Shown: one piece after another, positions 24,627-36,790 of the stretch
Layout of the letters: each line of letters begins with the position of its first letter
Position numbering within the stretch: position 1 is the stretch's first letter
Assembly: GCF_006345805.1 (NCBI RefSeq)
Contig: NC_043017.1
Location: forward strand, 33,046,001-33,110,000
Direction of reading: 5' to 3'
DNA length: 64,000 bases
Source of the DNA: Octopus sinensis
Lineage: Eukaryota
Translations under genes and position numbers: made by a program
Notes under the pieces: model-generated
The model's database searches: none
The model's input: only the letters and a program-made list of their open reading frames with translations
Told to the model about the DNA's origin: nothing

Positions 24627-24790
24627 CATCATCATCATCATCATCATCATCATTTAACGTCCACTTTCCATGCTAGCATGGGTGGGACGACTTGACTGAG
24701 GGCTGGTGAACCAGATGGCTGCACCAGGCTCCAATCTTGATCTGGCAGAGTTTCTACAGCTGGATGCTCTTCCTAACGCGAGTAGGAAGG
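24627..24790 (-). mobile_element. RTE-type retroposon 3' tail with (CAT)n
   Basis: catcatcatttaacgtccactttccatgctagcatggg...ggatgctcttcctaacgc. Confidence 0.75.
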
Positions 24791-24857
24791 GCATCTATAT
24801 ATTTATATCTATATAGATATAGATATATACATACATACATATACATACATACATACA

Positions 24858-24884
<27 letters not shown>

Positions 24885-24888
<4 letters not shown>

Positions 24889-25055
24889 TGTCGGTTTCTT
24901 CCAGTTTCCACCTACCGAATTCACTCACAAGGCTTTGATTGACCTGGGGTTATATTTGAAGACACTTGCCCAAGATGCCACTACATAGCCCCGGGACTGA
25001 ACCTGGAATTATATGGTTTGGAAGTAATCTTCTTACCACACAACCATGCCAGTAC
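24885..25055 (-). mobile_element. SINE family C head, decayed
   Basis: cactcacaaggctttg...gaagacacttgcccaagatgcca...gggactgaacctgg. Confidence 0.75.
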
Positions 25056-25503
25056 CTATATTTGGAATAATTTGTTTTTCTTCAAAACTGCAAATATTTG
25101 AAGATTTTCAAAGAAGCATAATTTACCACTGGCTTTTGAAGAGGCAGAATATTTACCAATGATGTAATCTGAAACAATGAGAATTTTATTTAGCTTGCTA
25201 AATGCTTGCTGTACGATTTAAATTCATGATCATGTGATGAGAAATTCAGAAGAACATTGACCTCGGTCATCGGGTAGTGCCACTGTGAAATGGAGAAAAC
25301 TCTCACTCTTCATTATATATGACACCACACAGTAAATAGTAAATTTCTATCTCTAATCAAATATGAATAGCATTGCTCTGAAGGCAGAATTGAGTTAAAA
25401 GCCAAATTTAGGGGTACCAAGTGTAATCTTGCCTTATAAGGTTTTGTACAAAGATGGGAATCATGCCTTTTATATGGGCTTATTTACATGGGATTTCTCT
25501 TAA

Positions 25504-25725
25504 CCCTTTGGTGTTCGCATTATTCTTCCAAAATTAATGCTTTTTTTAGCCATATTGTTTTGAATTAATCATGCATTATCTTGTAGCGATGAGATTTTGA
25601 TGAGGTAACTGCTAATTTTTAAAACGATATTGTAGGGTTGGTGTGAGAGACCAGATCTGGCCATTTTGACCATAGAACAGGCAGAATAGTTTTGGCCAGA
25701 TATAACCGGTTTAAATGCTAAAGGG
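25504..25725. mobile_element. piggyBac-type MITE (TTAA TSD)
   Basis: TTAA|CCCTTT...AAAGGG|TTAA (TSDs at 25500-25503 and 25726-25729), 222 bp. Confidence 0.75.
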
Positions 25726-26379
25726 TTAAACGTAGCAAATGCATCATGAAACACGCCTGGCAGAATTTATTCCAGAACCTTGAGTCTGACCTCAAATCCC
25801 ACTAAAATCAATTTAGCCTATCATCCTTCTAAGGTCTATAAATAAATCACTAGTCTGGGGCAGTGGTCAAGTGGATATGGTTGAAGCATCAGGTGAGACG
25901 CCTTCTTTTAGATTTTGTGTTTTGTGTTCAAATCCTGATGTGACTTACTTGGGTTTGTCTGTCATCTAGATCAACGTCACCACTTTCCCTTAGAAGATAA
26001 TGATGGACTCCACTCTTTTACAAGCATTTGAATCAGGGTTTCAGTTTAAGGAGACTTTCCTTCGTCATCCCACCAGCTTTGAGCCCCTATTAAGGGTAAT
26101 TGGCAACACCCATCCTCTTTGATTAAGAGACAAAAGGTGTAATTTATGTTGTTGCTCCGATCAAAAATACCTTTGCTCAAAGGTGTATCAACAACGAGAA
26201 TCTAGTTCTTTTGTATATTGGGGATTAGATTGTTCAATATACCATTTACATTTAAGATAGGAGGGGATGTTTTAAAGGAAATTTGACTGCTATTTCTAAC
26301 AGTTTGGGTGCCTAAGCAGAAACTTATGAAATTAGTTCCTAGTATAATTTCAATTAATCTCAGTTCAAAATATTGATTT

Positions 26380-26770
26380 CAAATCTTGGCACAAGATCAG
26401 AAAATCCTGGGGAGGGAGGAAGTCAATTACATCGACCTCAGTTTTCAACTGGTACTTATTTCCTTGACTCTGAATGGATGAAAAGCAAAGTTGACCCTGG
26501 TGGCATTTGAAATCAGTATGTAAAGATGGATGAAATACCTGTTTCTTTACTACCCACAAGGGGCTAAACATAGAGCGGACAAACAAGGACAGACAAATAA
26601 ATCAAGTCGATTATATCAACCCCAGTGCGTAAATGGTACTTAATTTATCGACCCCGAAAGGATGAAAGGCAAAGTCAACCTCGGCAGAATTTGAACTCAG
26701 AACGTAACGGCAGACGAAATACGGCTACGCATTTCACCCGGTATGCTAACATCTCTGCCAGCTCGCCGCA
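26380..26770 (-). mobile_element. SINE family A: young unit joined in register to an old diverged body
   Basis: Minus strand young tail ...aaagaaacag runs directly into gtatttcatccatc... of an older copy. Confidence 0.85.
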
Positions 26771-27388
26771 TTCTGCCTGGTGTACTAATGAGGCTGCCAG
26801 CTTGCTGCCTTACCTCAGTTTAAAATATATATTGCTAATTAGAAGCTAGCATTGCTAATGTAAGCTGGGATCTCCTTGCTAATGTGAGCCAGGATCACAT
26901 ACTTCCAGTTTTCATTGAAACATCTTAGTTGCTCATTAAACACACGAACTTCAAATCTTTATTTAAGAAATTATCACTATTTCGTGAAATGGTAAAAGGG
27001 AAGTAAAATAACTGAAAGATTAGTGTGAAACTAATGGTTGACGGTTAGTAAAGACAGAGACACAAATAAGAAAGAAAAAAGCAAAGGACCACTGATGCGG
27101 TCACAGGAGTGTGACGAAAGAACTCTGTCCGAAATAAGATTAAGTTTAATGTAAAAAAAAAAAAAAGAATGACACTGAAACTGGCTTAATTGGCAAAATG
27201 ACCATTCCGAAATACAACAATATATGTGTGAAACTGCTTAACATAAGATTAAGGTTTAAAATTGCATACATAAGTGTTATGACAATCAAATGAAAATATT
27301 TCTCTAAGTGTACTTGACTGGCAAAATGCTTCCTCCTGGTTCTCAGTTCAGTGGTGATTAGTAAAAAAATATAATCCAATTGTAAAAA

Positions 27389-27430
<42 letters not shown>

Positions 27431-27453
27431 GCAACAAGAATGACTCCGGTGAT

Positions 27454-27540
27454 TTGATACAACTGTTTCGTACTACAACATTTTATTAAAAGCTGTAAGT
27501 ATTACAGCAGATTTAAGAAGCTGAGTACTCTTCAGCCAAT
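27454..27540 (-). ncRNA. Type I hammerhead ribozyme with canonical core
   Basis: Minus strand ttgg-CTGAAGA-GTACT...AGTAC-GAAA-CAGTTG-TA-tcaa: G10.1-C11.1 pair, GUA site, cut between 27458 and 27457. Confidence 0.82.
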
Positions 27541-27883
27541 TTATATAGGTTTTCCAATAATATAAAAGCTTTCAAATCAATTAGTAACATCTTAGGGAAG
27601 GTGAATATACAGATAAAGAAGTAGATATACATTTTAGGAACATATGAGGTTGTGTGGTTCAGTTGCTAACTGACCAAAACTCTGGTTGTATCTGACTGCT
27701 ATAAGAACTTTTTAGTTTTAGGGATTAAAAAATTCTTATAACAATCAGATACAACCAGAGTTGAACTTCACAAGCTCATATGTTCCCAAAATTTATATCT
27801 ATATCTTTATCTGTATATTCACCTTCCCTAAGATGTTACTACTTGATTTGAAAGCTTTTATATTATTGGAAAACCTATATAAA

Positions 27884-27969
27884 TTGGCTGAAGAATACTC
27901 AGCATCTTAAATCTGCTGTAATACTTACAGCTTTTAATAAAATGTTGTAGTACGAAACAATTGTACCAA
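27884..27969 (+). ncRNA. Type I hammerhead ribozyme (G10.1->A variant)
   Basis: ttgg-CTGAAGA-ATACT...AGTAC-GAAA-CAATTG-TA-ccaa; predicted cut after 27965. Confidence 0.75.
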
Positions 27970-28101
27970 ATCGCCGGAGTCATTCTTGTTCCTTATTTTT
28001 GATTATATTCACCCCGTAAATTTTTATGGGTAATACCATACAAAATTCTGGTGCATCTAAATTAAGTACCATATTCATTTGAATCTAAATGTTGCTGATC
28101 T

Positions 28102-28184
<83 letters not shown>

Positions 28185-28934
28185 TGATAGATAAATTGAT
28201 AGATAGATAGATAAATTGATGGATATATAGATATATACATATATATATACGTATATAATATACATATATATGTATAATATATATATATATAAATATATAT
28301 GTATAATATATAATATATAAATATATAAATATATAAATATATATAATATATATGTATTCATATATATATGTATATCTATATATATGCAGATACACACACA
28401 CGCATGTATATATGTGAACATGTGTGTGTGTGTGTGTATGTGTGTGTGTTTGTCAATTTTTGTTTTATTTCATTCATTCATTGAGTTCTCCGACTATTTA
28501 CTTAGTTATATATTTATATATTTATTATATTATAAATGTAGATGAAATGTAAATATTGGCATATGATCTGGAAATATTTCCAGGCATGTGCGTGGGTTTA
28601 TAAGAACAAACAAGGTTATTTGATTATTATATCTATATCTAAATTTTTGGCGTCACATTTTTAGAAAAAAATTACTTTAACTCTTATGAGTCAATTTGAA
28701 TTCCGAGGAAATATTCTTAAGCAATTCAATTGTCTTTAGAGATACAAAATGTTAATTTCAAAAGAGCTGGAGAATTAGTCAACACAAGATTTCTTTGCTG
28801 AAACATCAAATTTTTAAAATATTGATGTTGTTATTTACTCTAGAGCTATCTTAAAATTATTGCAGCTACTCTTTGGATACCAACACTTTGTAACGTTTGA
28901 TTAAAAGATTTTCCATCCATCCATCCATGTCAGT

Positions 28935-29125
28935 CGCCATGATAGATCATTAGCCACTACACACTTTTTTCTCTCCTTGTTTTTTCTGTGTCCGTTTCTG
29001 TAGAAGAGCGTAGGCTCGAAACGTAAAATACTTTTTCTATTCCTGAACGTTATACTAATACATTTGTTTGTTTTGTACACCACCTGTCTTCGTCTTTTTT
29101 TTTTTTCGTAAACTCTCCCTATATA
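28935..29125 (+). mobile_element. Short Penelope-terminus-like cassette
   Basis: Pyrimidine-rich, carries an HHR-like motif, ends in tata; layout as 2983-3192. Confidence 0.5.
28994..29029 (+). ncRNA. Degenerate minimal type I hammerhead motif
   Basis: gttt-CTGTAGA-A-GAGC-gtag-GCTC-GAAA-CG-TA-aaat; A6->U in the core, extra A after A9. Confidence 0.5.
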
Positions 29126-29134
29126 GATATGTGG

Positions 29135-29315
29135 CTTGACAACCGATGCTGGTGTGTTTACATTTCCATAACGGTTTGGCAAAAGCTCTGTTAATAAGAC
29201 TTAAAAAATAAACAAGTCTTGGGATAGATTTGTTCGACTAAAACTCTTCAAAGCAGTGCTCCAGCATGGCCTCAGTCAAAAGGTAACTGGAAAAAGTAAA
29301 AGAATAAAAGAATAT
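29135..29315 (+). mobile_element. SINE family C 3' half, decayed
   Basis: gcttgacaaccgatgctggtgtgttta...gtgctccagcatggcctcagtcaaa. Confidence 0.7.
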
Positions 29316-29321
29316 ATATAT

Positions 29322-29725
29322 AGACGCAGGAGTGTGGCTGTGTGGTAAGTAGCTTGTTTACCAACCACATGGTTCCGGGTTCAGTCCCACTGCGTGGCAC
29401 TTTGGGCAAGTGTCTTCTACTATAGCCTCGGGCCGACCAAAGCCTTGTGAGTGGATTTGGTAGAAGGAAACTGAAAGAAGCCCGTCGTATATATGTATAT
29501 ATATATATGCGTGTGTGTGTTTGTGTGTCTGTGTTTGTCCCCTAGCATTGCTTGACAACCGATGCTGGTGTGTTTATGTCCCCGTTACTTAGCGGTTCGG
29601 CAAAAGAGACCGATAGAATAAGTACTGGGCTTACAAAAGAATAAGTCCCGGGGTCGATTTGCTCGATTAAAAAGGCGGTGCTCCAGCAGGGCCGCAGTCA
29701 AATGACTGAAACAAGTAAAAGAGTA
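29322..29725 (+). mobile_element. SINE family C, full length
   Basis: A-box tggctgtgtgg, B-box gggttcagtccc, CORE-like tgggcaagtgtctt, tail gaaacaagtaaaagag repeats. Confidence 0.9.
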
Positions 29726-29743
29726 AAAGAGTAAAAGAGTATA

Positions 29744-29850
29744 TATCACATGATCATTTGACCGACCAGAACATCAAATTTTGTCATACATCACTGGTCA
29801 CAATGTGATTTGAAGCGTTCAGCTTTCTAATGACGCCACTCCGTTGGCTA
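29744..29850 (-). mobile_element. SINE tail T3 remnant
   Basis: Reverse complement of the tail of the SINE at 60688-60998 (gtggcgtcatt...cattgtgaccag...ggtcggtca). Confidence 0.65.
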
Positions 29851-29922
29851 GACTCTTTCAATGCTCTGTATTTTATCTCTCGTACATACACCCTTGTTTG
29901 TACACACATACACATTATGTAT

Positions 29923-30248
29923 TTTTTAAAGACTCCGCCGGTTACGACGACGAGGGTCCCAGCTGATACGATCAACGGAACAGCTTGCTCGTGAAATTAA
30001 CGTGCAAATGGCTGAGCATTCCACAGACACGTGTACCCTCACGTAGTTCCGGGGATAATCAGCGTGACCACAGAGTGACAAGGCTGACCCTTTGAAATAC
30101 AAGTACAACTCATTTTTGCCAGCTGAGTGGACTGGAGCAACGTGAAATAAAGTGTCTTGCTCAAGGACACAACGCGTCGCCGGGAATCGAACTCACAACC
30201 TTACGATCATGAGCCGAATTCCCTAACCACTAAGCCACGCGCCTTCAC
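29923..30248 (-). mobile_element. tRNA-derived SINE, head D + tail T1
   Basis: TSD cacattatgtat at 29911-29922 and 30249-30260; matches 47506-47836. Confidence 0.9.
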
Positions 30249-30676
30249 CACATTATGTATACATGACGGTTGTCTATTGTTATTACTATATATGTACTTA
30301 TGACGAACACACAGACACACACATGTTAACACCTAAATAAAATCTTCTCTTAAACCTTCTCTCGGTTGTGTCTTTCTTTACCTTCTGGCACTCATACTCA
30401 TCCATTTTGCTTTTATTGTAAGCGACCGTGCGGTATATTAAAGGAGTCGTTCGTTCGTCACCGCTCCTGCGCACGGTCGTTCCTACATGTATATTATTCT
30501 TTAATAAGATTAGTGTTGACAGTGATTTCAAGCTTTCAGCTGCCTAAGCCATCATTAGAATAATGATAGCTCAGCTGCCTGAATCTTTCAAGTCACAGTG
30601 AGTACAATTCTTGCTTTAGACCAATAAATTTGTGCTCTACAAATGTATGGTGTAATCCCTTCTATTAATATGAAAT

Positions 30677-30879
30677 ATGGCAGCACGGAACTTTGTCAGT
30701 GAACAAGGCTCGGTTTCAAAGCGACGAAAATATTTTAACAAATTAAACTTAGATGTTGAAGTGAATCTAACGGTTTTGTGTGTTTCTTAAATGGCTTATA
30801 AACACCTTCCACGCTGCAATTGTTTTCGTTCCAGCACACGATCTCAGATCAAGTCACTTGCTATGCAAGTACATCTCCG
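30677..30879. mobile_element. 203-bp unclassified insertion with 11-bp TSD
   Basis: taatatgaaat at 30666-30676 and 30880-30890. Confidence 0.55.
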
Positions 30880-30951
30880 TAATATGAAATTGTTTTTATT
30901 ATAATTGAACCTAAAAAAATGTACACACACACGCATAAATACATATATATA

Positions 30952-31713
30952 CAAGATGCGGTGAATAAATTGTTGTCTAAGTTACGCAAAAATGAAAATA
31001 ACACTGACATCTCATTTTAACAGATATATTTAACAAAATTACGTAAACATATCTTGAATATGTAAATTTATTCAGTGAAATCGCCATTCGCTTCAGCCAC
31101 GACCTCCAGATGACTTCGAAATATCCTGCAACTCTTTTGGATGATCTTGTTTCAGTTGGTGAATGCTGCCATGATCCTTACCATCAGTTCATCTTTGGTA
31201 TTACAAGGAGTTTTGTTGTTTTCTCGCTCAACTGCGGCCCACACATAATAATCAGAGGGGCTTCAGTCTGGGGAGTTAGGTGGTCAGATGTTAAGAGTGG
31301 TGTGGTTGCAGAAATTGTCTGACAGCCATGACTGGAATCTCCTGCTTGTGAGGCATGGCGCAGAGTCCTGATGCCAGACATCGGGTCTTCCAGCCTGTGT
31401 AGGCCTCCGTGTTGAGGTCTTGTGGGAAGAGAAATGGAGGCATAACGTCACCATCACTAACGATCACTCCAAACGCCATGATGGTTGACTGGATGTTTGA
31501 TTTTTATCCCCCTCGGTTGTTCTGTATGTTCACCATCTGATCTCGTCTGAGAAAAAAACCGAAGCTCGTTCGGTTGGAGGGAATACTAGAGTTTATGCAA
31601 AAGCTTCGTAAGGTGGTCTTTCCTCTTGTCTTTGATGGCTTAGGATAAAATTTGACCCTTTTTCTCATCTTGAAATCGTAGTTGTGGCCATTGCCGATGA
31701 CACGCAAAAGCAC
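30952..31713 (-). pseudogene. DD37D (maT-like) Tc1/mariner transposase remnant with one TIR
   Basis: Minus strand ...DQMVNIQNNR...VWHQDSAPCLTS...PPNSPD*SPSDYYVWAAVE...; 37 residues between the 2nd and 3rd D; TA|CAAGATGCGGTG end. Confidence 0.82.
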
Positions 31714-32883
31714 CCAGCGGGGGGAGAATAAAGGATCAAATTGCCTAGCGGCAGGTATTTAAAGGGAAAAATTTTACAAGTCAGTCAGTCACCAGCTGAC
31801 ACTCGCTGACGATACATCGAAGAGGCCAGGGAACAGAAGAAAGAAGAAGAAAGAAGACATGCACCCAACACCAGAGCTGAAGACACATCCGAAAGGGGGG
31901 CGTCAAAACGGTAGAGGAGTAGGGGCCGAAACCGGGCGTGGTTCCTCCTGATGATGTCTTGAGCTAACTGGATCCTATAAAGGAGCTGTTGTGGTAGCAG
32001 ACCACGAAACACGGTTGTAATTCCTATGGTGTCGTTAGTATTAGGAAGGGCCTCCAGCCGTAGAAATCATGCCAAAACAGACAACTCACCGGTTTACCAA
32101 CAACTATCAAATCATGTTACTCTTACTAATTGATGATGATGATAATGACTTTTCCTGTGTATCTGACAGTTATTTTGTTTCTAAGTGTCTTCCGAGAGAC
32201 TGGTTTTCTATAATTAATTAGTCAATCCCAGACCTTCACTCGGTTTCTCTACTTATATGCATTTTTCTTTAATCAATTGTTTAAGTATTTCACTCCTTTG
32301 TTATATCCTGTACATCTGAGAGTCATGTTCCTGTTAATATCACAGTAGTCGAACACAGACATCCCTTGGGATTTGCCTTGTGTTTCAATGCCAACAAAAT
32401 CTCTACTCTTCCCCTGTGATTATCGGTTTGTTCTAGTTATCGAAATGCTGATGTGTGCGGAATTCGTTTGAAAGAATTTTCAATTCATTTGATATTTCTT
32501 CTGAGATCCTTTCAATTACATTCAGTTCAGCTACTAATTTTTATCTTGTCTGATTCTACCAATTGTTTTGATGTCTAAAAAGAAGTTTTTGAAAAAAGTT
32601 TTTTTATTACAGTCACAACGTATATGGGATCTCTGTTTGATGTAACTGGTACTTCAATACAAATATCAACAATACCAAGTGACACGTCTTGACCAATAGT
32701 AGCGTAGCCCAGTCTATAACGACCATTTTGAACTTCCCTATTTCTCCATTCAGCCGGCTAAGCCTGACGAGCTAGGTTCATAGGAAAAGCCTACGAAACT
32801 TTAACTAGCATTAAATAATATATTTAACTACGAAATGTGTTTTGCGCCAATTTGACTCATTTGTCAAACTCATTTGTATCTAT

Positions 32884-32964
<81 letters not shown>

Positions 32965-32974
32965 CTTTTACGCT

Positions 32975-33325
32975 TTTACTGGTTTCAATCATTTGACTGT
33001 GGCCTTTAGTCGGGCAAATCGACCCCAGGGCTTATTCTTGGTAAGCCTAGTACTTATTCCATCAGTCTTTTTTGCCGAACTGCTAAGTTACAGGGACGTA
33101 AACACACAAGCATCGGTGGTCAAGCGATGTTTTGGGGGGAACAAACACGGACGCACAAGCATACACAAACATACACTAGTTTCCATCTACCAAATCCACT
33201 CACAAAGCTTTCGTCGGCTCGAGGCTATAGTACAAGACACTTGCCCAAGGTGCCACACAGTGGGACTGAACACGGAACCATGTGGTTCGTAAGCAAGCTA
33301 CTTACCACACAGCCACTCCTGCACC
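32975..33325 (-). mobile_element. SINE family C
   Basis: Homology to 29322-29725. Confidence 0.85.
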
Positions 33326-33429
33326 TATATACCTTTTTTTTTTTTTTACTTATATCACTCCTTTGACAGCGATCGTGCTGTGGCAATTCCATGAACTTTT
33401 AGTTGCATGTATCGACACCCCACCAATAC

Positions 33430-33665
33430 TTAAATTTTTTAAAGCTTGGTACTTACTCTATTCGTCTCTTTTGTCGAACCGCTAGGTTACGGGGATGTAA
33501 ACACACTAGCACCGGTTGTCAAGCGTGGTGGGGGGACAAACACAAACACAAAGACACACAAACACAAACATAAATATACCTGTCGAAGATGTCAGGCAGT
33601 TGGGGTTGAGCCCAGAACCATGTGGCTGGGAAGCAAACTTCTTACCACACAGCCATGCCTTTCAG
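33430..33665 (-). mobile_element. SINE family C, internally deleted
   Basis: Head and 3' segments of family C are present; the middle is missing. Confidence 0.7.
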
Positions 33666-33905
33666 GCATATGTATACATGTTAGAAATTTAAATATATGC
33701 AAATTAGAAAATTAGAATACATATTGAAGTTTCTTGATTCATACATATATGTATTTTATAGATAGATAAATAACTAGATAGGCAGATAAATGCACAACAA
33801 CACACACACACATAATATATACACACACATATATATATATACATATATATATACATATATATGTATATATATATAAATATACAAATATATATCATATTTG
33901 TATAT

Positions 33906-33939
<34 letters not shown>

Positions 33940-34002
33940 ATACATTATATATTATATATATACATACATATATTATATACATATATATATACATGTATAT
34001 AT

Positions 34003-34037
<35 letters not shown>

Positions 34038-34056
34038 ATATATATATGATAGAGAG

Positions 34057-34091
<35 letters not shown>

Positions 34092-34631
34092 TGAGTGTAG
34101 ATATATACTCACTAATGTACTCAACATAACTGAACTGATACCAACGCTTTCTGCACTCTGCATGTAAATAATCTGGTTTTAATCACCGTCTCCGTTGCCC
34201 CTTCTTTTTATGGTGATTTCACGCTTCGCTTCACTGATAGCAACGGTTATTGACATTTGATTTAACAATTAAGTCTGCTTCAGTGGGAACGAGACTTAAA
34301 CTTAAACCGTTAAGCAGGCGGAAAGTTACAAAGGAAACCACAGCAAGAATAACTATTAGACACCGGCACCAAACCAAGTGTTCACTACCTCTGTGCTATG
34401 TGTTACTCTTTAAGACTATTTTATTCTGTGTATAAGGTAGTTTTTTCTTAAATCTCCGTTAGAAAACCGAAACAAATAAGTGGGCCCATTTGAATACAAA
34501 GGTTTGAAAGATGTGTTTGGCATATCTATTGACCTGCATATAAAATAAATTTGCATAAATTGCATAAATTCACTGTCCTAGACCCTGAACCATTCAAGGT
34601 AGTTGTGAGATGGTATTTTTAAACAAAGTAA

Positions 34632-34868
34632 GGGGGCGAGCTGGCAGAAACATTAGCACTCCGGGCGAAATGCTTAGCGGTGTTTCGTCTGCTGCTACTT
34701 TCTGAGTTCAAATTCCGCCGAGGTCGACTTTGCCTTTCATCCTTTCAAGGTCGATAAATTAAGTACCAGTTACGCACTGGGGTTAATGTAATCGACTTAA
34801 TCCGTTTGTCTGTCCTTGTTTGTCCTCTCTGTGTTTAGTCCCTTGTGGGTAGTAAAGAAATAGGTATT
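34632..34868 (+). mobile_element. SINE family A, single unit
   Basis: ggcgagctggcagaaacattagc...aaagaaataggtattt. Confidence 0.9.
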
Positions 34869-35496
34869 TTTAAACGAAGTATATATGACTTGTTGCTTAA
34901 ATGTTCCAGCGTTAAAGTAAAAAAAAAACCCATCAAATCCATCCTACTTCATGGCTACCCCGAAATAATGAAAGCCAAAGTTGATCTTGACGGTGTTTGG
35001 ACTCAGAAAGCAAAGAGCCATAAGAGGTGCCTTTAAGTATTTTTGCTCGACACATTAACGATTGTGCCAGCTCACCACCTTAACCACAGCAAAGATAAGG
35101 ACAACCTTACGTATTCTAGTGTGGCTAAATGGATGTAAATAAGAAAAAAAAACTACACTTCGTAAATTGGAATTTAATCTAAATGTATTGATAGCACCTA
35201 GCTCAAATGTAAGTCGATAATGTAAGCGGATAATTAATACAATACTTGGAGGGATTAAGATGTTAGAATTTTAAATTTAAAAATAAGAGGCACAAGGTAT
35301 CTATATTTCTTTCTATCTATCTATCTATCTATATATATATATATATATATTGGTATAAACGGTAAGATAACAAAAGTTTCTTTTGTTATCTTACCGTTTT
35401 TACCAAAGAGCGCGATATTATTTAAATAGAGAAATTTATCTGTAAATGTAATATGTTTTATCATTGCTACCGAAACCGAATAATTGTCACATATTA

Positions 35497-35541
<45 letters not shown>

Positions 35542-35559
35542 TATATATATATATATATC

Positions 35560-35910
35560 AGTCCCACTGCGTGGCACCTTGGGCAAGTGACTTCTACTAT
35601 AGCCTTGGGCCGACCAAAGCCTTGTGAGTGGATTTGGTAGACGGAAACTGAAAGAAGCCCGTCGTATATATGTATATATATATATATATATATATGCGTG
35701 TGTGTGTTTGTGTGTCTGTGTTTGTCCCCTAGCATTGCTTGACAACCGATGTTGGTCTGTTTATGTCCCCGTTACTTAGCGGTTCGGCAAAAGAGACCGA
35801 TAGAATTAGTACTGGGCTTACAAAAGAATAAGTCCCGGGGTCGAGTTGCGACTAAAGGCGGTGCTCCAGCATGGCCGCAGTCAAATGACCGAAACAAGTA
35901 AAAGAGAAAG
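35560..35910 (+). mobile_element. SINE family C, 5' truncated in (TA)n
   Basis: Starts at cagtcccactgcgtggcaccttgggcaagt. Confidence 0.88.
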
Positions 35911-35941
35911 AAAGATATACATATATATATTATATAATATA

Positions 35942-35975
<34 letters not shown>

Positions 35976-36476
35976 CTTACTTATTACGAAGCTCTTAAAA
36001 ATTTTAGTTTTAGGTAATCATGTACCACCATTTTATGAAACCTGAATATACAGTTGCAACATTCAACAGAATATGACAGTTGGATAATCAATAGTAACTG
36101 TTAACAGAAAATGAAAGCTGTAAAGTCTGTAGCAACTTTTGGCATTTTAGAAAATAATACATCTAATAGCAACGTTTAACGGTTCATGAAATCTGTAATA
36201 TCAACAGTAATACTCAGCAGAATATGAAATCTGTTAAATCTGTATCCTGCAGTCTACAAAAAGAAAAAGTTTACAATCTGAAACAATTGCTAACACAATA
36301 TACAAACGGTTCTGTCAGCTAAATGCTGCACAGCCAATAGCTGCTGCTAACAGATTTTGTTATACGGCGAATAGCAACATTCAACAGTGTGGAAAAGCTG
36401 TAAAGTCATTTGAAATTGTCAGCTGTGTAAGAAAGCTGCATATTTGTAGCGGTTGTTTGGATCCTAACCGCTAGAT

Positions 36477-36790
36477 TTGTTAGAACTTGAGCAGTATATG
36501 AGACGTTAAAAGAAAAAAATAATAATTTCTTTCTTTTTTTTTAAAAAAAAAAGGAAAAAAGAAAGTAAAATTTTTGAAAAAATGATAATTAAGAAAAAAC
36601 AACAGATAGTGACTGTGTGTACAAACGTTCAAATGGTACTGCATGAGGAGTGGGGCCCACGCAGTCATTCATCTTTCATTATTATATGATATTCATACTC
36701 ATTTTGTGCTTTTTGTCCCCACTGTGGTGTTGTGTCTGTCCTTGTAGTGTCCCCTCTGTGTTAGTGGCCTGAGTGCCAAAATAAAGAAAA
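36477..36790 (+). mobile_element. 314-bp retroposed insert with 23-bp TSD
   Basis: tgtttggatcctaaccgctagat at 36454-36476 and 36791-36813; 3' end resembles the family A SINE tail. Confidence 0.7.

Larger units (their letters stand above)
27421..28101. mobile_element. Fold-back Penelope-like non-autonomous element (family H1, 680 bp) in (TA)n
   Basis: ~290-bp inverted arms meeting near 27720, ~100-bp extra tail on the right, (TA)n on both sides. Confidence 0.85.

Noticed and set aside
32120-32830. Possible decayed LINE coding sequence on the minus strand
   Set aside because: Only short open stretches, no recognisable motif.
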